From Eledone cirrhosa (lineage: Eukaryota), in NCBI GenBank assembly GCA_964016885.1, contig OZ024758.1:7998001-8062000 (forward strand): DNA of 64,000 nucleotides, written 5' to 3'. Positions 12,174 to 25,815 of this stretch are shown here, piece after piece. Position numbers and translations under genes: made by a program. The notes beneath the pieces were generated by a model. That model saw only the letters and a program-made list of their open reading frames with translations, ran no database searches and had not been told where the DNA came from. The number at the start of each line of letters is the position of its first letter. Position 1 is the stretch's first letter.

Positions 12174-13387
12174 ATCTAGAGCATACATTATAGTGGTATT
12201 TGTCCCAGAGACGCCTGAGTTCAGATTCCACTGAGACCAACTTACCCTTTCTTCCCTTCAGGGGTTGATAGATAAAATACAAGTCAATTACTGAGGTCGA
12301 CTCTCCCCTCTATCTCTGTCACTCTGTTGTAACTCTCAACACATTGTACCACATGAAACTACATTAGCCAGACATTCTTGAGAAATAATAAAACAATACA
12401 ATGACTGCATCACATTGGAAATTAAATTTGTTACATTAGTTTATTGTAAATTTTCACAACTATCCGTCTACAATAAAGATAATAGATATAAACATTTGAA
12501 TTAAACAGAGACATTTTTAGATATTTAGTGCTAAATTGTTACAAGATGTTAAGAGTTGGTAATAAAAGCTACAAGAGGAACTATTGATATTACTACCATC
12601 TGAAGTGTTACTTCTACTAGTCTGAGGTCACTGCCATCTGATATGTTACTTCTACTAGTCTGAGGTCACTACCATCTGAAGTGTTACTACTATTAGTCTG
12701 TGGTCACAGGCATGTTTGAAGTCAGCTTCACATTCAAGAGATCTGAAGTTCAACCTTACAGCTTGGCATCTGTCTTTATCATAAATCATAACCTTGGGTC
12801 AACCCAAGTTTTATAAGTGATATTAGGTAGATGGAAACTGTGGAAGTCTGTCAGATCAATTGTACTTCGAAAGTCCAGCATCTATTGTGCCCAGTCCACA
12901 CTGTAAAGTGTTCATGTAGGTGTCATGATAAAAAAAGCTTCCAGTTCACACTGTAAAGTGGTCATTTTGGTTGACAATAAAAAGCACCCTGTGCACTCAG
13001 TAAATGTGGTTGACATTAGGAAGGGCATCCAGCTGTAGAAACCAAGCCAGAAACAGTTCTGTATGCGCAAGACACGGTTATCTGATCTGGCTTGTTTCAC
13101 AATGGGACAACTCGTCTAACCCATGCTAGCATGGAAAATGGATGTTTAAACGATGATGATGATGATATGACATTCTGGTTCTGTCTGAGAATTAAGAATT
13201 ACATTAAGAGTACATGTGTCTGTGGAATACTCGACCCATGTCAGATGCCCCGTTGATTGAACAACTGAATGCTCATCTTCTAAACTGGTGGAGGACCCAT
13301 TATCACACCTCTCATATATTGCTCAGTTGTTTTCCAGTATCATATTTATTTAAAAACTTTCATCTTTTCTTTCATTATTAACTTGTA

Positions 13388-13582
13388 GGGCAGTGGATTG
13401 GCAGTATCGGTAGAGGGTAGGGCGCCATGCTTTGCAGCATAGAGTTACGGCCATTTACGGTCTGTGTTCAACTCCCACTGAGGTTAACTTTGCCTTTCAT
13501 CCTTACAGGGTCGATAAAATAAAGTACCAGTAATGCACTGGGGTAATTGCTGGCCTTGTGCCAAAAGTAGAAACAATTATTA
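13388..13582 (+). mobile_element. tRNA-headed SINE of about 190 bp, the most abundant family; copies near 10090-10271(-), 17615-17880, 19860-20000, 22755-22943, 23980-24155(-), 29230-29360, 35090-35320, 36310-36715(-, two), 44255-44450(-), 54760-54940(-), 58152-58315(-)
   Basis: A/B-box-like head (tggcagtatcggtagag..gagttcaaatccc), core ctttgcctttcatccttacggggtcgataaaataaagtaccag, tail ggccttgtgccaaaagtagaaacaattatt. TSDs visible at 10.1 kb (ctgaggaaataat) and 58.1 kb (tggacattaaataat). Confidence 0.85.
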
Positions 13583-13684
13583 ACTTGTATCGAGTCAAAA
13601 TGAGTATTAAACACACTAAACCTCATTTAGTTATGGCTCCCCAAACTTCTCTACAGGATGATATTATCAACTTTTTTTATACTA

Positions 13685-15422
13685 ACCCACCTCAAACTAT
13701 CCCTGGTTCTATGACACTAGCCTACCTTAACCCACCCCTGGGTTCTATGACACTAGCCTACCTCAGCCCACCCCTGGTTCTATGACACTAACCTACCTCA
13801 ACCCACCCCTGGGTTCTATGACACTAGCCTACCTCAGCCCACCCCTGGTTCTATGACACTAACCTACCTCAACCCACCCGTGGTTCTATGACACCAACCT
13901 ACCTCAACCCACCCCTGGGTTCTATGACACTAACCTACCTCAAGCTACCTCTGGTCCTGTGATACCAACCTACCTCAAACCACCCCTGGTTCTATGACAT
14001 TAACCTACCTCAAACTACCTCTGGTTCTATGACACTAACCTACCTCAAACCACCCCTGGTTCTATGACACTAACCTACCTCAAACCACCCCTGGTTCTAT
14101 GACACTAACCTACCTCAAACCACCCCTGGTTCTATGACATTAACCTACCTCAAACTACCTCTGGTTCTATGACACTAACCTACCTCAAACCACCCCTGGT
14201 TCTATGACACTAACCTACCTCAAACTACCCCTGGGTTCTATGACATTAACCTACCTCAAACCACCCCTGGTTCTATGACACTAACCTACCTCAAACTACC
14301 TCTGGTCCTGTGATACCAACCTACCTCAAACCACCCCTGGTTCTATGACATTAACCTACCTCAAACTACCTCTGGTTCTATGACACTAACCTACCTCAAA
14401 CCACCCCTGGTTCTATGACACTAACCTACCTCAAACCACCCCTGGTTCTATGACACTAACCTACCTCAAACTACCTCTGGTCCTGTGATACCAACCTACC
14501 TCAAACCACCCCTCGTTCTATGACACTAACCTACCTCAAACCACCCCTGGTTCTATGACACTAACCTACCTCAAACTACCCCTGGTTCTATGACACTAAC
14601 CTACCTCAACCCACCCCTGGGTTCTATGACATTAACCTACCTCAAACCACCCCTGGTTCTATGACACTAACCTACCTCAAACCACCCCTGGTTCTATGAC
14701 ATTAACCTACCTCAAACCACCCCTGGTTCTATGACACTAACCTACCTCAAGCTACCTCTGGTCCTGTGATACCAACCTACCTCAACCCACCCCTGGGTTC
14801 TATGACATTAACCTACCTCAAACCACCCCTGGTTCTATGACACTAACCTACCTCAAACTACCTCTGGTTCTATGACACTAACCTACCTCAAACCACCCCT
14901 GGTTCTATGACACTAACCTACCTCAACCCACCCCTGGTTCTATGACACTAACCTACCTCAAACCACCCCTGGTTCTATGACACTAACCTACCTCAAACTA
15001 CCTCTGGTCCTGTGATACCAACCTACCTCAACCCACCCCTGGTTCTATGACACTAACCTACCTCAACCCACCCCTGGTTCTATGACACTAACCTACCTCA
15101 AACCACCCCTGGTTCTATGACACTAACCTACCTCAAACTACCTCTGGTCCTGTGATACCAACCTACCTCAACCCACCCCTGGTTCTATGACACTAACCTA
15201 CCTCAAACCACCCCTGGTTCTATGACACTAACCTACCTCAAACTACCTCTGGTCCTGTGATACCAACCTACATCAACCCACCCCTGGTTCTATGACACTA
15301 ACCTACCTCAACCCACCCCTGGTTCTATGACACTAACCTACCTCAAACTACCTCTGGTCCTGTGATACCAACCTACCTCAAACCACCCCTGGTCCTGTGA
15401 TACCAACCTACCTCAAACTATC
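13685..15422. repeat. 35-bp minisatellite, roughly 49 copies, two interleaved variants
   Basis: Unit aaccacccctggttctatgacactaacctacctca, variant aactacctctggtcctgtgataccaacctacctca. Confidence 0.95.
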
Positions 15423-16563
15423 CTTGGTGCTGCCAGTCATTGGGGTGCCACTCAAGAAGCTTTCACAGTCAGTTGTCAACACTGGTCTCTATTCCCCATC
15501 ATGTATAGAAGGATCTCAATGTTGTGACCAACCTAGTCATTGATTTTGTCAGACCAGGATTCCTTTTGTCTGCCTCTTTGCCCTCTCTCGACTGTGCCCT
15601 GAAGGAGGATTTTGGACAAGGAGTTGTGGCTAAATATTTACAGGATCCTAAAGTTATATTCCAAAAAATCATCATACTAATGAAAAAAGTTAGTTATGTT
15701 ACTAAAATTCTTTCAAATTTTTGATTATTTTCAAAATTAATTGCAACACTTTGGCTGTGTATTTCATTAGAAATCTCATAACAAAAGGGTTAGACAAAAG
15801 TTATTAGTTTCAAATATGTTTGGCAAGAATTACAAAATCAGTTGCTTTATTAAGACTTTATTGAGTATCAGACAAAAACATGACAAAAAAATATATTTTT
15901 ACTATCCATTGTTTATTTTCTTACAATTTATATTTTAATCTTTCATTTAAACAATGGTGTATCTAGCATATATTGAAATTATATTTAAATATAAATTATT
16001 CCATTATATGTATTTTTTTGAAACATTTTTTAATTGTTTCTGAGAATTGTGTTTTTTTTCCTTCTGGTTTTGCTTTTCTTCTCCATTATTTAAGAAGTAG
16101 TATTCAAAATTCTCCTGTAAATACACTTGCCTGTCTATACACACAAAACAATGACCTCAACATATTCTAAAAATCTATGAGTTTAACCTTTCCTCAAATA
16201 TTTCTCCCATGACAGTTATAGCTCTGCATTTCTTCTATCTCTTTTTTCATCTCCTCTATTTGTCTTTGATTAAATTATTTGATTTTACTTTACTGTGTAT
16301 ATGTGTGTATGTGTGTGTATGTATGTGTATATATATGTGTGTGTGTGTGTGTACATGTATATATACACATTTATATATATGCATATATATGTATATATAG
16401 AGATACATATGTGTATATATGTGTATATATAGTGTGTATATATATATATACACACACATGTATATATGTATTTCCATTTCTTGTGCCTATCATCTCATTT
16501 TATCTCTTGTTTCCTGACTTTCTCATTTGCACTCTGTTACCCACTTTTACTATCACTCTCTTG

Positions 16564-16609
<46 letters not shown>

Positions 16610-18029
16610 GACAATTTATCTCAAGATTACTGGGCTCACAGTTGGGTCAAAGCTGAAGAGATTTATATATATTTATATATATATATATTCTTTTCCTACC
16701 TATTTTTTCCACGTTGTTCAAAAGATGGTGCTGCTGCCACATTTTTAAATTTATTTCTTGTGATATTCTGTCATGAAAGAAGTAAATGAGTGCACATAGC
16801 TAGACTACTGTATGTGCATGAGTGTAATAGGAATTGACAGCTGGTGTGCTTTGCTATAAATGGGTGAGATGATAAGATCAAGAGATACTCTAATACAGTT
16901 TGGTGTGTCAGTATCTATAATATTTAAATAAGAAATGGAATGGATGTTTTAAAAAAATATATAACTAAAATAAAATTTTTAAAAAAAAGTAAGAAGAAAG
17001 ATCCTTTTAAGGTCATAAACCTATCAACATCATCTAAGAGATGTTTGAAAAGGAAGTTATGTTATTGTTTTGCTTCTTCACAACTTAAATATTTGATGCT
17101 GGAAATTATTTGTAAATTCTGTTTCTTTGTCAGTTTTTGAATGTTATGAATAGTTTTTAAAATATCTTGGCTTACATTAATGGCAGTAGAAAGAATTAAA
17201 TGTCGTTTATAAATTCTAATGGTGAATCTTAGTTAACATTTCATTGAAAGACTATGATCCACATTCTGGCATTAACATATTTTCTCATCTTTTTCTTAAT
17301 GATACATTAATGATTTTTAAGTTACCAAACACTTCAGAAAAAAAAATATCGTCACTTGAAAAATTAGAATGATTTCCTTCCATTATGAACAAGAATTCTA
17401 TAGAAATTTTAACTGAAACTTTATTAATAACAAATGACAATATTGTGTAAGTCAACATAATTTGTCTTCCTGTGTATTTAATGAACACTGACGACCAAAA
17501 AGCTGTCTGTTATGGTTTCATGTGTTCTTCTTACACATTTTTGGCATGTTTTCAGCCCAAAACCATATAAATATTCTGCCACATTTACCATTTATCATTA
17601 TTGCTTTTTTTATGGACAGTGGATTGGAAGTATGGGTAGAGCGTCGAACAAAATACTTTGTGGCATTTAGTTGTGGCTCTTTTACATTCTAGACACACAG
17701 TAGAGCATCAGACAACATGCTTTGCAGCAAAGAGTTATGGCCCTTTACGTTCTGAGTTCAAATCCCAACGGGGGTCGATAAAATAAAATACCAGTCACGC
17801 ACTGGGGTCAATTTAATAGACTTCTCCCTCCCCCAAAATATGCTGGCCTTGTGCCTATATAAGAAACTATTATTATTATTTTTTTTTGTTGTTTTTTTGT
17901 GTAGTATTCATGCCTGCTGCTCCATGCTACCATAGGTTGAACAAGACTTTTGGGGACAATTTTTCTGATTTTCTTTTTCTTTTTGCTCTTGCTCGACGAG
18001 GCTGGGGTCATCCTAAGCCAGTGATGCCA

Positions 18030-18235
18030 AAACATTGTCATGCGTAGAGCCGACCAGGTCCGCCAGTGCCTTCCATCACTGGTGGTCCCGTGTCAGCTCC
18101 TCTGCATCTTCCAAGGTGATGTCGAACCTCTGCAGATCTTCCCTGATGATATCCAGCCATCTGGTGTGGGGCCTGCCGCAGGCCTCTTCCAGCCTGCAGC
18201 TGTTGTGTCGAATGAGAGTAAGGCCCTGGTAGGAT
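18030..18235 (-). mobile_element. RTE LINE 3' fragment
   Basis: Minus frame GRPHTRWLDIIREDLQRFDITLEDAEELTRD. Confidence 0.75.
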
Positions 18236-18724
18236 GATCTGGTGGAAGCAGAGGACATGTTCATACCAGCTGATTAAACAGGTGCAACATGAAATAAAAC
18301 TACTTGCTCAGGGACTCAACGCATCACCTAATCCAAGAATTGAACACACAACCTCCCGATTGCAAGCCAAATGTTCTAACCACTAATCCATGCACCTTCA
18401 CTTTTTAGATAGGAATTAACCAAAATCAAGCCATCAAGAAATTCATGAAGAGCCTGTCTGAAGTATTAGACATTTTCTTTTCCTTGTAGCAAACTAACTT
18501 ATTCTTCTTTGTAAATTGTTTGAAAAATGTATCTTCTCACTTCAGATGTATTAGTAAAATAATGTATTAGTAAAATAATTACTGTTTAACTGGAATATTG
18601 ATATAAATCACACAAATTTTATCCACAGTTCGAGATAAAAACAAAAGTCAAATAATGATTTAAAAAAATCAATCTATATTTTAACTTACTGCAAATTTTC
18701 ACAATGATGAATTTTTACACAATG

Positions 18725-19005
18725 ATAATGATGATGATCTGTCTATAAATAAAGCCACTATAAACATCCTGTACCACATGAAACCACATTAATATGATGA
18801 TGATGATCTGTCTATAAATAAAGCCACTATAAACATCCTGTGCCACATGAAACCACATTAATATGATGATGATGATCTGTCTATAAATAAAGCCACTATA
18901 AACATCCTGTACCACATGAAACCACATTAATATGATGATGATGATCTGTCTACAAATAAAGCCACTATAAACATCCTGTACTACAGGATACCACATGAAA
19001 CTACA
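18725..19005. repeat. 69-bp tandem repeat, about 4 copies
   Basis: gtctataaataaagccactataaacatcctg recurs at 18741, 18810, 18879 and 18948. Confidence 0.9.
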
Positions 19006-19427
19006 TTAGCAAGACATTCTAGAAAAGTACAAAACAGCATGGATTTCACGAAATTAAAATTATCTCTATTTTAGTTCACTGCAAATTTTCCCAATGTCTA
19101 CTCGTAAAGCCACTATAAACATTTAAATTAACAAACCTGTTTTTAGATATTTTCTACAAGTAAAGCCACTATAAAGACTTGATTTAACAAATCTGTTTTT
19201 AGATATTTTCTGCGAAACCATTACAAGATGTTAAGAGTTAAAGCTGACATTTGTAACATGTCTTAAAGGGCATTTACATCAAATTATGGAAGATTAAAAA
19301 CTGGAAGTTTTGTATCCTAACATTAGGGGGTTGTTTCAGGTGATTTATAATGAAAAGGTTTATATGATTCACCCTTTATCATTTTGATATTTCACTAATT
19401 CTTTTTATCTTTTGTTTTACTCCTTAG

Positions 19428-19509
19428 GAAAAATTCTACAAATCTGAAGAAGGAGCGCAAGGTTCCTGATCAACAAATTGACTTTATTCAGAAGCTGAGT
19501 ATTTTCTTG
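19428..19509 (+). CDS. NUP188: Nucleoporin NUP188-like, first exon located in window (xKNSTNLKKERKVPDQQIDFIQKLSIFL)
   Basis: Pyrimidine tract ending ..tccttag, donor gtaagt. 82 nt, starts with the last base of a split codon and ends phase 0. Joins the next exon in frame; lines up with the recalled vertebrate segment ..KELGLRISKFL|GLDE. Confidence 0.8.
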
Positions 19510-20009
19510 GTAAGTGTGGTAATTAGCTGGAACCTTAACACAAGAAACTAAGGCGCCATTTCCCAAAGAGGCAATAATTTATTTTTATAGACAGACTGTA
19601 TACAATTCCTCTGCTAATTATTGTCATTTATATATCAATCATTCTATTTGTTTATAAAAAATCTTCTGATTTTATTCTCTTGTAAAGATATTCCGCCAAG
19701 AATCTTCCAAGAAACCAATTTCTCTCAGCTATCTGTTCTATTTGTTCAAGTAAATTGTTATCTTGTATTAATAAGTTTTCTTTGTTTTTGTTTTGATATA
19801 GCTGGGGTTTTTGTTGTTGTTGTTTTTATTGGTCTGTTCTTTGTGTGCTTCTAAGGTGAATCTTATGAATTGGCAGAGTTGTTAGAGCATGGGATTAAAT
19901 ACCTTGCTATTTGACCAGCTTTTTTTGCATTCTGAGTTCAAATCCCACCGAGGTCAACTTTGCCTTTCATCCTTACGGGGTCAATAAATAAAGTGCCAGA
20001 TCAGTAGCT

Positions 20010-20330
20010 CAGAGATCAGACAGTCGTTCCATGTAGAGCTGCTACTTCTCTGAATTGAGAGATCACAGCTTCGATACTTCAGGCATGTGGTTAAAATGTC
20101 TCAGGAAAGAATCTCTGGGCAGATTTTAGGGGCAAAACCATCTGGCAGGAAACCTAGGGGGAGACCCCAAGCAAGATGGTTGGATAACATCCATCAGTTC
20201 AGCTGGTCTCACTTGGGGATCCAGCTGGATCAGTTGGAAATGGTTGCTCCTGACAGGACCTGCTGGAAGGAGTGTTTGAGGACTCTTCCCCCACGACCCT
20301 CTCAGGAATACGTGGGTGAAGAAGATGTAA
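20010..20330 (+). mobile_element. RTE LINE 3' fragment (second family)
   Basis: GRKPRGRPQARWLDNI..DRTCWKECL..PPRPSQE with a gaagaag tail. Related copies at 49830-50130 (-) and 63620-63735 (+). Confidence 0.8.
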
Positions 20331-21105
20331 TTTTCAGACTCAATAGTCTGCCAAATAATCACCTCACTTCATCCCCATTATCATCGTTAAACTTCCATTT
20401 TCCATGCTTGCATGGCTTGATTTCTACAACTGGATGCTCTTCCTAACACCAACTATGTTACAGTGTGAGCGGTGCTTTTTATCATGGCACCGAAATGAGC
20501 ACCATACAGAGTGAATTGGCTGGTGAAGTGGTCACCAACACAACCACTTCACAGTGTGGAGTGGGTGCTTTTTGTCGTTTCACCAACATGACCACGTTAC
20601 AGGAGCAGATTGACAGATCCAACCAAAGAAACTATATTTCCATTGCTGATAGTACCTGCTGGTTGCAATTTCTGACAGTAGGACATAGGATTTGAATTAA
20701 GTGTACACCAAGCCAGATCAGATACTGCAAAGTATCTTGACCAGTTCTTTAATAATTCTGCTTATTCATACACAAATGACTATGGTTTTGTACCTAGAAA
20801 GCTCCCTTCCGAGGCACAAGCCTGGGTAAAGTGTGTTTGTAGAAGACCAGCAGTTGCTCATGCATGCCAGTCTCTCATTCCATGCCACTGATGAAGACAA
20901 TGGCCAATACAGCTTGGCACGAGTGACTTCACAACTCATCTCTACAGCTGAGTGAACTGGAACAACGTGAAATAAAGTGTTATGCTCAAGGACACAACAC
21001 ATCACCTGGTTTGAGATTCAAACTCACAACCTTATGATTGTGAGCTCAACGCCTTCACAGTTAACAACCATCAGCCATAATTATAATACACCATGTGTGT
21101 TTGTT

Positions 21106-21156
<51 letters not shown>

Positions 21157-21159
<3 letters not shown>

Positions 21160-21420
21160 TTATTATAAGAACAGATTAAAGTTTAAGCAAAAAATCGCTG
21201 CTTTCACCCTTAATGGGATCTTCTGAAACTAAAAAAAATCAATCTGTGGACGCAGAAGTAAATATTTCGAAAACCGTTACAACCGGAGGAAGACAGGAAG
21301 ACGATACTTTGGTTCGTGGAAACGTTCCCTGGCAATGATTTTTTTTAGTTTCAGAAGATTCCATGAAGGGTGAAAGCAACGATTCTTTGCTTAAACTTTA
21401 ATCTGTTCTTATAATAAATA
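21157..21420. mobile_element. Inverted-repeat element (arms about 85 bp, spacer about 95 nt) flanked by (TA)n
   Basis: 21157-21241 is the reverse complement of 21336-21420 with few mismatches. Arms carry a degenerate CAGAAGA-stem-GAAAG motif. Confidence 0.75.
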
Positions 21421-21740
21421 TTTGCTCTACGGGTTTATATATATATATATATATATATTTTATATATATAATCCTTATCGAACCCTCTTCAGACTTTAGT
21501 CTTCACATTTATTATTACTATATATATTTGCTGGTAATTCTTTAAAATTTTCACTCACAAACATATGCACAATGTATTGCCTAGCTCAGTGATGATGCTA
21601 ACAATAACAAGTTCACTGTCCAATCATGAGGTCATACATTCTAACTCTACATTTATCCCTGTAAATAATTATTACTCCAAAGTTACTCATACAGTTAACT
21701 CTGTCTCATTTGTAAATATATGTTAAATATTTATATAATT

Positions 21741-22342
21741 GGAAAAAATGAAACGATATTTCATTTCCCACTCTTAGTACGGCTGTTACTTAAATATAAG
21801 TATGTACACGTACATACATATATGTATACCGACGTACAGTAGTATGTGTATATATATATACATACATGCACACATATATATATGCACGTATGTATACATA
21901 TATGTATGTACGTGTACATACTTATATTTAAGTAACAGCCGTACTAAGAGTGGGAAATGAAATATCGTTTCATTTTTTCCGTTTATCATTTTCGGTGCAC
22001 CCGGCCGATTAACCCACTCGATATGCAAATTGGGCTACTCAGCCGTTAATATGCATAAGGTAAGTCTATACGTTCAACAATCTGGCAGGAAGGTATACGT
22101 TGCTGACGATAGCTAACAAGCTTGAAACTAGTACAGCGTTCCTTTGTCAGTGTTGAACAAATGAGCAACGGTGGTTGCTAGACACTACGGCTTAATACGG
22201 GATGTTTGTTTACAAACACACCGAGCATTATAATAAATGTTCGGTGAATCCATACGTGCATATATATATGTGTGCATGTATGTATATATATATATACATA
22301 CTACTGTACGTCGGTATACATATATGTATGTACGTGTACATA
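21741..22342 (+). mobile_element. Non-coding hammerhead-containing element (retrozyme-like / non-autonomous Penelope-like), 422-nt unit plus inverted junction copy
   Basis: Direct terminal redundancy gtatacatatatgtatgtacgtgtacata at 21892 and 22314. 21741-21892 is the reverse complement of the unit end joined to its start. Homologous copy at 56401-56812. Confidence 0.7.
22097..22139 (+). ncRNA. Minimal type I hammerhead ribozyme (family A)
   Basis: ACGTTG-CTGACGA-T AGC taacaa GCT T-GAAAC TA GTA-CAGCGT. Helix I is ACGTTG/CAGCGT, core intact, palindromic helix III ACTAGT, GUA site after 22133. Helix I extends via gttcaaca (22072)/tgttgaac (22158). Confidence 0.8.
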
Positions 22343-25300
22343 TTTATATATATATAATTATATCCTAGAAATAAATGATTAAAATATCATTCTTATCTCT
22401 AATCACTTCCACATGTCAGTTGTCAACACAAAACTATAGAGTTTCTTTAATGACATTAACTTATCAAAATAACAATTTCCCAGTTTGTATGATTGTTCAT
22501 CATCATCGTTCAACGTCCATTTTCCATGTTAGCATGGATTAGACAGGCTTATCCCACTTTTGAGGCAAGATTGGTCAGGTTACCGTGTCTCCCTCATATA
22601 GAACTGGTTCCGGCTGGTTTTCTGCGGCTGGAAGCCCTTCCTAACGCCAACCACATTTACAGTGTGGACTGTTCATATATCCAGTAACCCTGTTATATAT
22701 GGCATATCAATCCTGGGCTCTAAAAATTAAATATGTTCAACAGTATTGCCATCATTGGATTGGCAGTATCGGTAGAGGGTTGGACGCTATGCTTTGCAGC
22801 ACAGAGTTACGCCCCTTTATGATCTGAGTTCAAATCCCGCCAAGGTTAACTTTGCCTTTCATCCTTACGGGGTTGATAAAATAAAGTACCAGTAATGCAC
22901 TGGGGTAATTGCTGGCCTTGTGCCAAAAGTAGAAACAATTATTGATAGTTTAGGTCTGTTAGTATTAAATATTTGTCACCCAATTATTTAACAGAATGTA
23001 GTTGAGTGGAGGGGGGGGGGGGGGGGCATATCAAACATAGCCTCACTAATTGCATTTACAGACATAGTGTAAGCATATGCATATGAAGAATATGCAATGT
23101 TTTTATGGTTAATATCGGCTTAGAAACTTCATACTCTTAAATGACAGAAACATTTATATTGCTAAAGCGTTTTATGTAATTTAAGAGATGTCTCTTTGAG
23201 GTTAGCAAGATTAAGAAAGAGAAACATTGATACCGTGTCCTAATAAAAGAATGCTATCACCTCAGTTCTAAACACCAGCTGCCAACTAATGATATTTTTG
23301 TTATGCTAGTATCATTGGTTTCTGGAAATATGAACTGAGGTAGATTTTCTCATTAACAGATCATTCAATTTTAATCCTTTTAAATTAACGTACAGTTTTT
23401 TTTCTTATTATGAAATTGGGGTGGTCACAGTTGAAAAACTTGCTCAATCAAGGCTGACATGGATCTAAGCAACAACAACATCAATAACAACCTTATTAGT
23501 TTTTCTCTTTAGTTTAAAAGGTCAAATATATATTTTATGGCTGTCATAGTTAAGGGCTTTAAATATTACCCTAAACAGATTGTGTTAACCACACTAACAG
23601 ACACATCACAAAAGCTAAAAGAAGCATTACATTGATTATTATTTTTGTTGTTGTTAGCACCAATTTACCAAATTGTCTCCCTAATATAACTATCTGAGAT
23701 TATTTCTGTTGGTTAATCACACATTTCTTGCAAATCTATTTTGTATTCCTCAGCCTTCCCCTAAAACTTTCTATTTTCGCTCTCAATACTTTCCTTGCAG
23801 TTATTTTTCACAGTATCTAAAGTTTTTCTACTTGATATAATCTAGACTGACCCCCCCCCCCCCTAAACACTTCTATTTTGTTCCCTATTCCTCTAAACTA
23901 TTATTTGAATTATTGAAGATCTTTCACCATGTTTTTCTTGATCCCTTATGATATGGTCATTCTATTGGGGCATCTCATAAATAATTGTTTCTACCTTTGG
24001 CCCCAGTGCATTACTGGTGCTTTATTTTATCAACCCCCATAAGAATGAAAGGCAAAGTTAACCCCAGCAGAATTTGAACTCAGAACGCTAAGGGCCATAA
24101 CTCTATGCTGCAAAACATAGTGTCTGACGCTCTATCGATACTGGCAATCCAATAATGCGGGGTTGTTGTTTTTTTTATATTTTTAAAAATTAATATAATC
24201 TGCACTTTTCAAAGCTTGCAGAGTGTGTGTGTGTGGGGGGGGGGGGGGGACAAGGTGAATTTAATATCTGCTTTTATAGTAAGTTTATGTGGGGGTTATC
24301 CCTACCCCTTCCAACTTTTATTACATAAAATTGAAAGAAAAAAATGCCTCATTTGATGGGATAATCTTTCTACTTAATTCCTCAACTGTTTCTCCTGTAA
24401 ACTTTAATGCTATATAACTATGGTCTTCTCTGAAAACTTACATAGTCAACTTAGAGATGTTTTCTATCTTTATGACATAAAATATATCACCAAAATAGGT
24501 GGCATTTTCAAAAAGGTGAGGTAATGTGAGAAACTTGTGCAAATGTATGACTTGGGACTAGTCTCATGTTCATTATTATTCGAGTAAAGTGCTCACGTCA
24601 TGTCTAGGCTAAGGATTGTATTTTCTTATAAAAGTTACTGTCAATATTAAAAGGTTATCACGTTTGATATCTTATCTTCTGGATATTTCTACTTAATGTT
24701 GTATGTGAAATTTATTTTTAATCTTATTTTTATATCCTATCCAAACAATTTTTACTTGGTTCTTTTCAAATGTTGATTGTTGCTGTTGTTTTCTCAATGC
24801 AGATTACACAATAGCTTGTCCCGTGCTTTAAAGCAACCAGAGTGATTAAGTTTGAACCAGTTGCTCTTTATTTCAATATTTAATGATACCATTAGCTACA
24901 GTGTCATTTGGAAAATTGATCATTAATTATTGCTATTTTCTCAATTTTATTACCCATCAAATTCTTTGCAGAATGCTTAAAATGTCTATTGATATATTTC
25001 AAAGAATAATCTATTTGTCAGTAGACCTACACATTCATAGTAAGCAGCACAGTTCTTGTCCATTTACATACTAGAGTGTAATTTTCTCAAAATGCATAGT
25101 CATATATCCCTGAAGGATGACTTAAAGTAATGAGTTATGCACATCTACTCAATATTGTGGTAGGAAACATAAAAGTAGATTATCTCAGAAAGCACTTCTA
25201 ATGGATACATTTTACTTTTTAAACCAATTCTTTTTGTCTTTCATAATCATTGGCTGCTTCTCGTTGTTGTTCAGTTCTTCAGATATCTACTTTAATATTA

Positions 25301-25574
25301 TCATTTTCATACTTTGATGGAGAGGAGGTGAGAGGTGAGAAATTGCTTTTAACCTCTTTTGATGTTGTCAGCTTATTACCTCAGCAGACAAGATTGTGGT
25401 ATTATTTGCCGCCAAATGTAGCCCCTTCTTGGATTCAATCCTGAAGTCTATTAAACTTTTTGAAAAGTTTGACCTGAAAAAAAATTATCTGAAACAATTT
25501 TTATGAACATATTATATTGATTTTTGAAAAGTACACACATGTATACACATGTATAATGTGTGTGTGTACATACA

Positions 25575-25815
25575 CGTATGTTATATTAACATATATATAT
25601 ACATACAAGTATGTTATATTAACATATATATACATACACAAGTATGTTATATTAACATATATATACATATAAGTATGTTATATTAACATATATATATACA
25701 TACAAGTATGTTATATTAACATATATATATACAAGTATGTTATATTAAAATATATATATATACAAGTATGTTATGTTAAAATATATATATATATACAAGT
25801 GTGTTATGTTAGAAT
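25575..25815. repeat. AT-rich minisatellite of about 33-35 bp, interrupted by a SINE (one more unit at about 26212-26240)
   Basis: aagtatgttatattaacatatatatacatac units. Confidence 0.85.
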
